Assembly (NCBI GenBank): GCA_030591685.1
Contig: JAUVAX010000023.1
Location: 1 to 37,587 of the forward strand
Direction: 5' to 3'
From: Pseudobdellovibrionaceae bacterium
GTDB taxonomy: Bacteria; Bdellovibrionota; Bdellovibrionia; Bdellovibrionales; UBA1609
Length of the DNA stretch: 37,587 bases
Positions 27,430-36,533 of this stretch are shown here, in pieces. The notes beneath the pieces were generated by a model. The model ran no database searches, had not been told where the DNA came from, and saw nothing but the letters and a program-made list of their open reading frames with translations. Each line of letters begins with the position of its first letter. The first letter of the stretch is position 1. Both the position numbers and the translations under genes were made by a program.

Positions 27430-30278
27430 TCAGATAAATCCTGCTTATAAAAATCTTGAATATCATCATTGTCCGACGTGGCATTGGTGTTTGAATTTGT
27501 TGTTGCGCCGGTTGAAAACTGGGGTTCAGTGCCCTCAACAAAAGCTTGCTTAACATAACTGGCGGTTTGCGCAGAGGCGACATCTCCTGTTTCGTTATCA
27601 ATATTTGCAAACACAATTCCCTCCGGTACGGGGAAGTTTCTTTCAGGTAGGCCTTTTTGGGCTGACTTCATGTACTCCAGCCAAATGGGCAGAGCTGTGC
27701 GCCCGCCCCCTTCGCCCACCCCTAAAGAGCGTTCGTCATCATACCCTACCCATACTCCTGAGACGATGTCGGGTGTGTACCCCACAAACCAGGCATCATA
27801 ATAACCACTTGTGGTCCCGGTTTTACCGGCAGCCGGTCGGCCGAGGGCTCTTGCGCGGCGGCCAGTGCCTCCGGGCTCTTCAATAACCCCTTGAAGAATA
27901 CTTGTAATAATAAAAGCCGTTGCGGGGCTCATTAACTGCTCAGGGTCATCATAATAAAGTGGGGGTTGTTTTGAAAAATCTAAATGAAAGTACTTTTCTT
28001 CGTTAGGCGGCTCTGCCGACTCACTTGAACCTGCGACAGTGGTTTGCGTTAAGGCTTGAGGGGGGCTTGCCTCTTTTTGTTTCGCGGGGTCAGACTCGTC
28101 ACCCAGAGAGTCTTTTTTATTTTTACGCCAATTTAAAAAAGCAAGGCGCTTGAGTTTAAAGTCCTCGTTAAGGGCCTCAAGTTCTTCAGAAAAACGTTTA
28201 TCTAAAGCGACAGGGCCTAAAATTTGAACCCCCTCGCGGTCTAAAACTTTATGTAATATGACAGGGGTAATACGCTTGCCTAGGCGGCCAAACTGGGCAA
28301 ACACCTTAGTCATTTCGTATAATGTCACAGCACTCGATCCGAGGGCTAAAGTAAAATCCATATTAAGAGGGCTAAAAACCCCTAGGCGTTTTGCGTACTC
28401 GGCCACCCAGTCCACACTGACCTTTTCAATTATTTTTACAGTGGGTACGTTTAAAGACCTAATAAGGGCGTTTCTAAAAAGTATATCTCCAGTGAACTTA
28501 TGTGAATAGTTGCCGGGCTTCCATTTTTTGATTTCTACATCGTCAGAGTTTTCAATTTTTTTCTCTTCTTCGTAAATCAAAGGCGCATCTATAATTTTAG
28601 TGGCTGGGGTAAAGCCTTTATCTAAGGCGGCGGCATAAACAAGTGTCTTAAACGAAGACCCGGGCTGCCTTAGCGCCTGAAGGGCTCTGTTAAACTGGGA
28701 GGTTTTAAAATCATACCCCCCGACCATGGCCACAACATCGCTTGTTTTTTGATCTAAAGATATTAACGCCGCCTGAGCGAGGGGTTCTTGTTCAAGCTCA
28801 ATTAAAACAAAGGGCTCAAAGGTTTCAGGCAGGCCCTCGGGGCGTAGGTAGTTGTCTTTTTGTTGTTTTTTTAACTCTTTAAGCTCGTCGTTCAATCGGG
28901 TCGAGTAAAACCTTGAGGCCACAACACGCACGCTTATAATGTCCCCCACCTTAAGTGCTTTTGAGGGTTTGTCGATCTCGGCATACTCTTGTCTTAATTT
29001 AGGGTCAGGGGTGCGGGCCCACTTCATGGTCTCAAAATCTATAAGCCCTTGGCTTTCAGCAAAGCGCACGTAAACAAGACCCCATTTGTCGTCAACTTTA
29101 GTTATAATGCCTTCAACTATGGTATCAAGTGGGATGTACTTAGGCAGTGCTTTAACGGGGAGGCCCTCGGTATCTTTACCGGTCAGGTTCAACTCTCCGA
29201 GGCCGTGAAACTGCCCGTCAGGGTGAATCACCTTGGCCGGTGAAAAATCATCAACTAAACTGTCACGGGTTTTTTTTAGCATTTTAGCTATAACCGCAGT
29301 ATCTGTGATATTTTTTTTAGGGCCTCTGTACCCTTGCCTTTTATCTAATTGGCGTAAACCACTGCGGGCTGACCGCTGGGCTTCAATTTGTTTTTGTATG
29401 TCGAGGCTTGTGTGTATTTTAAGCCCCTTATCAAGGACCATTTCTTCGCCGAGCTCTTCGACGAGCATTTGTCGAATGGTCTCAAGGTAAAAGGGTGCGA
29501 ATTTTTTATAGCCCCTTCGTACATATACTGTCAGCGGTGCCTCGGCGTGCTCTGAAGCCTGCTCTTCAGTAACAAAACCCTCTTCAACCATTCGGCTTAA
29601 AACATAACGTTGCCTAGTTTTGGCAGACTGCGGGTTATACACCGGCGAGTACCGGCTGGGCGCCTGGGGCAGGCCGGCTAAAACAGCCGCTTCGCCCAAG
29701 GTGAGATCTTTAACGCTTTTTCTAAAGTAAATCTGTGCAGAGGTTTTAACTCCATACGCCCCATGCCCTAAATATATTTGGTTGAGGTAGAGGTAGAGGA
29801 TTTCATCTTTAGTGAGGTTCTCCTCCATACGTTGGGCTAAAATGATTTCTTTAATTTTTCGGGTGTATGTTTTTTCATTTGTTAAAAGCAGTGATCGGGC
29901 CACCTGTTGGGTGATGGTCGAGGCCCCCTGTACTTTGCGGCCCGCTTTAATATTAGCTATTAATGCCCTCACCATAGCAATATAGTTAACGCCATTGTGT
30001 TCGTAAAACGAAGCGTCCTCAGAGGCCACAAAGGCCTGTAATAAATGCTCGGGCAATTCGTTAACCTCGGCAATCAGGCGACGCTCTCTGAAAAACTCAC
30101 CAATTTTTTGGTTATTGCGGTCAAATACTTCGCTTACAAGTAAGGGGCTATAGTCAGCCACCGTAATGAGCTGCGGCAGGTTAGAGGTGAGTATGATGAT
30201 GTAGGTCGCAAGGGCCGCAATAGATAAAAAGCCAGTCGCCAATATAAGAGTAATAACTTTTTTTAAGTTCATGAGCAT
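27426..30278 (-). CDS. mrcA: Class A penicillin-binding protein PBP1A
   Basis: TM; GT motifs EDASFYEHNG, GASTITQQ, RKIKE; OB insert; TP motifs SSFK, SLN, KTG. Confidence 0.93.
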   Translation of the reverse strand: MLMNLKKVITLILATGFLSIAALATYIIILTSNLPQLITVADYSPLLVSEVFDRNNQKIGEFFRERRLIAEVNELPEHLLQAFVASEDASFYEHNGVNYIAMVRALIANIKAGRKVQGASTITQQVARSLLLTNEKTYTRKIKEIILAQRMEENLTKDEILYLYLNQIYLGHGAYGVKTSAQIYFRKSVKDLTLGEAAVLAGLPQAPSRYSPVYNPQSAKTRQRYVLSRMVEEGFVTEEQASEHAEAPLTVYVRRGYKKFAPFYLETIRQMLVEELGEEMVLDKGLKIHTSLDIQKQIEAQRSARSGLRQLDKRQGYRGPKKNITDTAVIAKMLKKTRDSLVDDFSPAKVIHPDGQFHGLGELNLTGKDTEGLPVKALPKYIPLDTIVEGIITKVDDKWGLVYVRFAESQGLIDFETMKWARTPDPKLRQEYAEIDKPSKALKVGDIISVRVVASRFYSTRLNDELKELKKQQKDNYLRPEGLPETFEPFVLIELEQEPLAQAALISLDQKTSDVVAMVGGYDFKTSQFNRALQALRQPGSSFKTLVYAAALDKGFTPATKIIDAPLIYEEEKKIENSDDVEIKKWKPGNYSHKFTGDILFRNALIRSLNVPTVKIIEKVSVDWVAEYAKRLGVFSPLNMDFTLALGSSAVTLYEMTKVFAQFGRLGKRITPVILHKVLDREGVQILGPVALDKRFSEELEALNEDFKLKRLAFLNWRKNKKDSLGDESDPAKQKEASPPQALTQTTVAGSSESAEPPNEEKYFHLDFSKQPPLYYDDPEQLMSPATAFIITSILQGVIEEPGGTGRRARALGRPAAGKTGTTSGYYDAWFVGYTPDIVSGVWVGYDDERSLGVGEGGGRTALPIWLEYMKSAQKGLPERNFPVPEGIVFANIDNETGDVASAQTASYVKQAFVEGTEPQFSTGATTNSNTNATSDNDDIQDFYKQDLSE

Positions 30279-30386
30279 TAAACCCCTTTTTAAGGGCTTA
30301 AGGCTACCTTAAGCGAGGGGCAAAATCATTAAATTGCTCGACTTATATTTATGTGATCTTGCGCGGCGCAAAAAAGGGCTGTAGTT

Positions 30387-32081
30387 TTATATACTGCCTC
30401 TGGTGGGGAGGATGCCGCCCCCAATATTAGATTTTTTGGGGCAATAAAAGTTGGCCGCGTTACCGGTGCTGCTTTTGATAAAGGCTTTCGCCGGCCCGCA
30501 TTTTGAGGAGCTTAGGTTAAGACAACACCCGCACGCCTCAACAGCATCCACAGCAAGGCTTAAGGAGTCGTAATAACCATTAATCATTTTGTTGGTACTG
30601 CCCTCATCACGCTTACCGCTGCTGGATTTACTTTTTACCATGTCATAAGCTTGCTTCATGCCTTGGTAGTCTTTTTCAAGCACTAAAACTAAGTTTTGGT
30701 TCATGTATGTACTACGGGTGTAATTTGTTTTTTCTTTTTGCAGCTGCTGCTCCTTGAGGGCTGCGGCTTGAGCGGCTGATTGTGCCGCAAGTATGAGTTT
30801 CTTTTTTTGAGCTAAAATAGATTCAGCGGCCTCAAAAGAGATTTCAGCTTCGTTAACCCTAAGGTCTATGATTTTGCTTTCAAGGCGGGCAATGCGCTGC
30901 TCTATGCGCTTTAGGTTTCTTTTATAGGCGTACTTTGCGATTTGCGATTTAGATTTACGACTGCGATTGTTGATATTTGAAGAGAGGTCCTTCATGCAAG
31001 ACCTTACAAGTTTTTTATATTTAGAGTTAAGGTATTGAACCCTTGATTTACCCGATTGGTTAAAAAATTGATTGACCTTCAGGGTGCGTCGCGACCCGCC
31101 GCTATTTTTGCCAGTGCTTTTAAAATAACCGGCTTGTTGAGCTTTAGAAGATTCATCATTAAAAATTTTCTCTCTCATTTTTTGGGCACACTCACGCATT
31201 TGGTTGCGCTCGTCCTCTTTAATCTCTTCAACTTTTTGAATGTAGGCGCTTTCCACAGCGATAAGTTCATCTTGAAACCCGTCTAAAGCATCAAGAGCGC
31301 CTTGCATTTCTTTTTTAAAGGTACGCTTCATCTCGTTAAAGTTTTTTGAACTGGCAGCGTCAAAAGTCTCTATGGCTTGTCGGGACTCTGAGGCCGCAGT
31401 TTTCGCACCGAGAAGCTCTTCTTCTAGTCGAGCGATGTTGTCTTGCCCGTCTTGGGCTGCCGTCTCAGTATCTTTTTTTAATTGGTCTCTCTTTTCTTCA
31501 ATAGCGTCGTACTTTTCTTTAAAGTCTTCTACGTGCTCTTTGGCAAGGCCTGGGCAGTCGCCGTAGCTTTCTTTTTTATCATCAAAGCCGGCGTCTTCGT
31601 CAGCGAGGTCATCAATAGCCTGGTTGCACTTTTCAACCGTCCTTAGGCCCCCGCTCCCCCCGGCGTTTACATATTCTTTATGGGCGTCTCGAAAATCTTT
31701 TTTAGCTTCGTCACAAGAGTTAGTGCTGTCCCCTGAAGCTCTGGGTAGATTGTCCCTTACTATCTGGCCGTACACCTTTAACAAGTCACTCTTCTTGCTA
31801 CTATTTGAACTGTTGATATCTTTTAGAATAACCCAAGACAGACTACCTTTTCTTCCTCTCTCGCCGACACTGAACCGACATGTGTTGTTGACGTCATGCG
31901 GGATAATATTTGGACTGTAATTAGGGTCAGTATCACCGAGAGCAACAGTAATTCTAGATATGGCATTGCTCGTTCCCTCACATGCATTTTTTTTATCTTC
32001 AGCAGATAAGTGACCAGAAGAGCACAAGATTATTAAAGTATAAACGAGTGTATGAACGTTAGACACTGTAAAGCGTTTCAT
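30387..32081 (-). CDS. Hypothetical secreted coiled-coil, Cys-containing protein
   Basis: Signal peptide (HLSA|EDK), long E/K/A/Q heptad-like region, Cys clusters at both ends; GGGAG SD. Confidence 0.75.
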   Translation of the reverse strand: MKRFTVSNVHTLVYTLIILCSSGHLSAEDKKNACEGTSNAISRITVALGDTDPNYSPNIIPHDVNNTCRFSVGERGRKGSLSWVILKDINSSNSSKKSDLLKVYGQIVRDNLPRASGDSTNSCDEAKKDFRDAHKEYVNAGGSGGLRTVEKCNQAIDDLADEDAGFDDKKESYGDCPGLAKEHVEDFKEKYDAIEEKRDQLKKDTETAAQDGQDNIARLEEELLGAKTAASESRQAIETFDAASSKNFNEMKRTFKKEMQGALDALDGFQDELIAVESAYIQKVEEIKEDERNQMRECAQKMREKIFNDESSKAQQAGYFKSTGKNSGGSRRTLKVNQFFNQSGKSRVQYLNSKYKKLVRSCMKDLSSNINNRSRKSKSQIAKYAYKRNLKRIEQRIARLESKIIDLRVNEAEISFEAAESILAQKKKLILAAQSAAQAAALKEQQLQKEKTNYTRSTYMNQNLVLVLEKDYQGMKQAYDMVKSKSSSGKRDEGSTNKMINGYYDSLSLAVDAVEACGCCLNLSSSKCGPAKAFIKSSTGNAANFYCPKKSNIGGGILPTRGSI

Positions 32082-32111
32082 TTGTTTCTCCCCTTGATAG
32101 TAGGTATATGC

Positions 32112-32128
32112 AGCAATATGGGTGCCAA
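32112..32128 (-). promoter_or_regulatory. sigma54 (-24/-12) promoter of the 564-aa secreted protein
   Basis: Minus strand TTGGCACCCATATTGCT, near-consensus, 30 nt upstream of the ATG. Confidence 0.8.
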
Positions 32129-32332
32129 AACTAGCGGGCCAAGCTTATATTATCGCACAAAGGGGCTGATTTTTAAAAGAAAGAAGGCCATTTTTGCTAC
32201 AGCCCTATGACCTAGGGTGGGCTATGTTCAAAAAAATAGAGGGTTTATTAAAAACAAAACCATACCTTCGGCAGTAGGGTGTGCGTCGTTATTTTTAGGA
32301 GTGTAAAAGGCGAACGAAAAAAAGAAAAAAAA

Positions 32333-32510
32333 GAGGGGGATGAACCCTAAAGAATGCATTAAACCCGTGTTTCTCAAGGTGGGTGACCATTAATAGTAAC
32401 TTTAGGCTTCTCACACTAACGAAAGCATGCACACCGCTACCAGGGACGGTCCCCAATTTATAACTTGTAGGGTTTAATTAATTCTAGAGTTCAAATTAGA
32501 ACCCCTACTG
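32333..32510 (-). ncRNA. ssrS: 6S RNA
   Basis: About 178-nt rod: TGAACTCTAGAATTAATTAAACCC pairs with GGGTTTAATGCATTCTTTAGGGTTCA; central bubble; GGG/CCCACC and GGTAGCGGTGTGCATG elements; own promoter and downstream U-tract. Confidence 0.8.
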
Positions 32511-32516
32511 TTTGTT

Positions 32517-32545
32517 AATATAACAGAGAGTTTTACCGGGAGCAA
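32517..32545 (-). promoter_or_regulatory. sigma70 promoter of 6S RNA
   Basis: Minus strand TTGCTC-N17-TATATT with extended -10 TG, predicting +1 near 32510. Confidence 0.65.
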
Positions 32546-32740
32546 CAGAGGCAATGTTTATGCCAAAACATAAATATAAGCGAGTACGCTATGGCAGCGA
32601 ATTGATTCGTGTATTTGCGTTATAAGCCCTTCGTCTTGTAATAATATGATGCGGTAATTTTTTTGGTCCCCACTATGTAAGTGTTTAATTCTATTCTTTG
32701 GGCCCGTTATTTTTTTCCTCGAAAATGTCGTTTGATAACT

Positions 32741-32968
32741 ATGGAACTTTTATTATCCCCGCAGGGCTTAGATCAAATATTCCCCTACTTCGTACTCGCT
32801 TATGGGGTAACGATGACCTTTGTGCTCAACCAACCAAAATTGATTAAACTCAGTCAAAAAGTGCTGCCGCACTACGTGCACACACAAATGAACGGCCACC
32901 GAACCCTCGGCGTTATATGTTTAGTCGTGGGGAGTGTTTGGAGCCTACAAAACCTGTGGGCCTACTAA
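32741..32968 (+). CDS. Small hypothetical membrane protein (2 TM)
   Basis: MELLLSPQGLDQIFPYFVLAYGVTMTFVL...LGVICLVVGSVWSLQNLW; ATG 32741 preferred over GTG 32681. Confidence 0.65.
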   Translation: MELLLSPQGLDQIFPYFVLAYGVTMTFVLNQPKLIKLSQKVLPHYVHTQMNGHRTLGVICLVVGSVWSLQNLWAY

Positions 32969-33048
32969 GCCACGAACAAAATTAACGCACATAAGTATTT
33001 TAAACTTAACTTTTAGCTGTGCTGTTGCCGGGCAAAGAGGCCCGAACA

Positions 33049-33077
33049 TTGACCTTTTTTGGTGGCTCTACTAGGGT
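33049..33077 (+). promoter_or_regulatory. Possible sigma70 promoter of the xseA operon
   Basis: TTGACC-N17-TAGGGT, ending 9 nt before the ATG. Confidence 0.45.
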
Positions 33078-33086
33078 GCACACTCT

Positions 33087-34493
33087 ATGAGCCAGAAAAA
33101 CTTTGATTTTAACAACATATCCACAGCTTCTTCCACAGTTGCAAAAGGTAACACCTCTGATAACTTAGAGCCCTCAGAGACTCATATTGTCACGGTCAGT
33201 GAACTCAACAAAGAGATCAAGCGCTGCTTAGAGGGGAGTTTTACACATTTTTGGCTTAAAGGTGAGGTTTCAAATTTTACCGCCCACTCGTCAGGGCACT
33301 GGTACTTTACGTTAAAAGATAAAAAATCTCAGATCAGTGCTGTGATGTTTAGGGGTAAAAACTCTAGAGTTAAATTTTTACCAAAAACCGGTATGGAAAT
33401 TATAATTCGTGGGCGAGTGAGCGTTTACGAGCCTCGGGGCAATTACCAAGTTTTTTGCGAGGACATGGAGCCCGCCGGCATCGGCGCCCTGCAACAGGCC
33501 TATGAGCAGCTCAAAGAAAAATTACAAAAAGAGGGCTTGTTTGCGACGAGCCATAAAAAGCCCATCCCTTCGATGCCACAACACATTGCTGTAGTGACCT
33601 CTCCAACGGGCGCGGCAATTAGTGATATTTTAAATGTATTAAAAAGGCGATACCGATTTGCAAAAGTAACGGTGGTCCCCGCTATTGTACAAGGCGACAA
33701 GGCCCCGGCACAAATAGTGAGCGCTATAGAGCTTGTGCAAAAAATTAAACACCTCGATGTTATTATTGTCGGCCGCGGGGGCGGGTCCATGGAAGACTTA
33801 TGGGGGTTTAATGACGAACAAGTGGTGCGTGCCATATACAACTGCCCTGTGCCGATTATTTCTGCCGTGGGGCACGAAATAGATTTTACACTCAGCGATT
33901 TTGCCGCCGACTTAAGGGCCCCAACGCCCTCAGCGGCGGCCGAGCTTGTGGCTAAAAATGCCACCGAGTTACTAGAAAAGCTCACACAAACTCAAAAGCG
34001 ATTAACGCTAATGGTGTTGGCCCGACTAAAGCAATTTAAAGACAGTCTTTTAAGTTTTAATAAAAGGCTTGTTAACCCCCGAAGACGCCTTGAAGATTTA
34101 TCAGTACGCATGGACGAGCTCACGTTAAGGCTTGAAAAGGCTATCGCAAATAACCTGAGAGAAAAAAAATTAAAAGTAAACCTTAAGCGGAGCCAGCTCA
34201 CAAACCCAAAAAACCGACTAGAAAACAGCCTTCAAAAACTAGAGCTCATTAACTCAAGGCTTTTAAACGGTATAAAATTAAAAATGAGCGACAAAAAACA
34301 TAAGCTGATTACATTAAATAAATCTTTAGACAACTTAAGCCCCCTAAGGGTTGTCGACAGGGGGTACTCGATTACAACACGAAACGGTCAGGTGGTTAAA
34401 TCAGTCACTCAACTTAAAACCAAAGAAGAAATAACAGTACGAGTAACTGACGGGCACATAACTGCCACGGTTAATAAAACAGTAAGTCTTTAA
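33087..34493 (+). CDS. xseA: Exodeoxyribonuclease VII large subunit
   Basis: GEVSNF...SGHWYFTLKD, VTSPTGAA, RGGGSMEDLW.FN, SAVGHEIDF, RAPTPSAAAE. Confidence 0.97.
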   Translation: MSQKNFDFNNISTASSTVAKGNTSDNLEPSETHIVTVSELNKEIKRCLEGSFTHFWLKGEVSNFTAHSSGHWYFTLKDKKSQISAVMFRGKNSRVKFLPKTGMEIIIRGRVSVYEPRGNYQVFCEDMEPAGIGALQQAYEQLKEKLQKEGLFATSHKKPIPSMPQHIAVVTSPTGAAISDILNVLKRRYRFAKVTVVPAIVQGDKAPAQIVSAIELVQKIKHLDVIIVGRGGGSMEDLWGFNDEQVVRAIYNCPVPIISAVGHEIDFTLSDFAADLRAPTPSAAAELVAKNATELLEKLTQTQKRLTLMVLARLKQFKDSLLSFNKRLVNPRRRLEDLSVRMDELTLRLEKAIANNLREKKLKVNLKRSQLTNPKNRLENSLQKLELINSRLLNGIKLKMSDKKHKLITLNKSLDNLSPLRVVDRGYSITTRNGQVVKSVTQLKTKEEITVRVTDGHITATVNKTVSL

Positions 34494-34512
34494 TCAAAAG
34501 GAGCAAAAACAA

Positions 34513-34734
34513 ATGGATTTTGAAAAAAAACTAAACGAACTCGAAAAAATAGTAGAGCACATGGAGTCGGGCGAGCAAAGCCTAGATGACTCGTTAAAAA
34601 GTTTCGAGTTAGGGGTTCAGCTCTCAAGACAGTGTCATGAAGAGCTTTCTAAGGCCGAGCTAAAGGTGAAAAAACTTTTAAGCGTCAGTGAGGCCAATGA
34701 GCCTATTGATGAAGACTTCGAGACGGATAAATAA
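34513..34734 (+). CDS. xseB: Exodeoxyribonuclease VII small subunit
   Basis: FEKKLNELEKIVEHMESG..SLDDSLKSFELG..L...C...L..AE.KV; AAGGAG SD. Confidence 0.95.
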   Translation: MDFEKKLNELEKIVEHMESGEQSLDDSLKSFELGVQLSRQCHEELSKAELKVKKLLSVSEANEPIDEDFETDK

Positions 34735-35595
34735 ATGAGCCTAAGCCAACGCTTTGAGAGTGAAATAAAATTTATAGACGATCAACTGTTGAGTCACTTT
34801 AGGGGCTCAGAAAAATATGATCATCCAGGGTTTCAGAGCCTTTTTAGATCTATTAATTACTCCCTTGAAAGTGGCGGCAAGCGATTTCGACCACTTTTAA
34901 GTGTTTTAACGGCTAAGGCTTTAAATAAACCCGTTGAGCTTGTGGTGCCTGTTATGCTGGCGGTGGAGTTTATACACACCTACTCGCTCATTCATGATGA
35001 CTTGCCCTGTATGGACAACGATGATGAGCGCCGCGGCCAGCCAACTAACCATAAAGTATACGGCGAGGCCATGGCCCTTTTGGCCGGAGACGCCCTTTTG
35101 ACCGAGAGTTTTTTAGTGCTCTCCGAGGGGTACTCTGAGGCAGCAGCCCCGCTGGGTGAAATTACGGCTTTAATGGCTCGCGCTGCCGGAGCGCAGGGTA
35201 TGATTGGCGGTCAAGCTATGGACGTGGCTCCGCCTCAAGGCGGTCAGTCAGAAAAGCAAATCAACTGGGTCCACCAGTTAAAAACAGGCGCTTTGATCGG
35301 AGTTTCAGTTGAGGCGGCCGCTGTGGCTTGCGCAGCGAGTGCAAACGAGCGACAAATATTAAAACTGTTTGCTAAAGAGCTTGGGTTTGCCTTTCAGTTA
35401 GCTGATGATATTGACGACTATGACCCCTCAACACCTGAGAACACAAGTTTTATAAATGTACATGGTATTGAAGAGACAAAAAACTTACTACACGTAACGA
35501 CTAAAAAAGCCCTTAAAGCCATAGAGGGGTTTGGTGAGGCCTCGCAGCCGTTAAAATATATAACAGAGTTTAATTTAAATCGTGTTCAGCGGTAG
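34735..35595 (+). CDS. ispA: Farnesyl/geranylgeranyl diphosphate synthase
   Basis: GGKRFRP, SLIHDDLPCMDNDDERRG, GQ.MD, KTGAL, FQLADDIDD. Confidence 0.92.
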   Translation: MSLSQRFESEIKFIDDQLLSHFRGSEKYDHPGFQSLFRSINYSLESGGKRFRPLLSVLTAKALNKPVELVVPVMLAVEFIHTYSLIHDDLPCMDNDDERRGQPTNHKVYGEAMALLAGDALLTESFLVLSEGYSEAAAPLGEITALMARAAGAQGMIGGQAMDVAPPQGGQSEKQINWVHQLKTGALIGVSVEAAAVACAASANERQILKLFAKELGFAFQLADDIDDYDPSTPENTSFINVHGIEETKNLLHVTTKKALKAIEGFGEASQPLKYITEFNLNRVQR

Positions 35596-35774
35596 TTTGA
35601 AACTCTAAGTCATCGACCCGTGTGTATGTGGGTGGGTTTGTGATCACGCTGAGGCATAAAATTACAAAGAGTATTAAACACAGTTTTTGCATGAGTACGG
35701 GTGTAGTTTGAGTTATAAAAACGTTCAACACTTATTTAAAAAAAGAAATTTTTACACTAAAAAAGGCTCCCTCT

Positions 35775-36533
35775 TTGTTGAGATTAGATAATTACTTAGT
35801 TGCGCATCATTTAATAAAAACGCGCTCTCTAGCAAAGCAGTTAATCCTTTCGGGTGCGATTAAGGTGAAGGCCCAGGGCCAGGACTGGCGTGTTGTAACG
35901 CGGGCGAGCCTGGTTATAAAGCCCGGTGATGAGGTTCAATTAACTGACGACAAGCTACTTAGGTACGTCTCTAGGGGTGGTATAAAGCTTGAGGGGGCCA
36001 TAAAAAAAGTGAGTGCTGTCATAGAGGGGGCTGTTTGTTTAGACATAGGGCAGTCCACAGGGGGCTTTACAGACTGTTTGCTAAAGGGCGGAGCCCGGTT
36101 TGTTTACGGTGTCGACGTAGGCTCAGGCCAGTTGAGTGAGGCTTTAAGGGCTGATGAAAGAGTGTGTTTTTTTGAAAACGTCAACGCAAAATCTCTGGAT
36201 CACTTTGAACCCCTGGTCCCTCAAACAGGTCAAATAGACCTGGCTGTAATGGATGTTTCGTTTATTTCAATGACTAAAATACTCCCTGGCCTTGAGGGGT
36301 ATTTAAAGCCCGGGGGGCACCTGTTGTCTCTTGTAAAACCACAGTTTGAGCTCGACAAGCAAAGTCTAAATAAAAAGGGCATTGTCAAAGACCCGGGGGC
36401 TTATGATAATGTAAAGTCTAAAATTGAGCGAGCGATATTAAGCCTGGGCCTAGAGGTGATAGATTATTTTGAAAGCACCATTTTAGGCGGCGACGGTAAT
36501 AAGGAGTTTTTTGTTTATGCAAAAAAAAATTAA
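35775..36533 (+). CDS. tlyA: TlyA-family rRNA 2'-O-methyltransferase
   Basis: S4 domain, YVSRGGIKL, DIGQSTGGFTDCLL, DVSFIS, LVKPQFE, G.DGN.EF. Confidence 0.95.
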   Translation: MLRLDNYLVAHHLIKTRSLAKQLILSGAIKVKAQGQDWRVVTRASLVIKPGDEVQLTDDKLLRYVSRGGIKLEGAIKKVSAVIEGAVCLDIGQSTGGFTDCLLKGGARFVYGVDVGSGQLSEALRADERVCFFENVNAKSLDHFEPLVPQTGQIDLAVMDVSFISMTKILPGLEGYLKPGGHLLSLVKPQFELDKQSLNKKGIVKDPGAYDNVKSKIERAILSLGLEVIDYFESTILGGDGNKEFFVYAKKN

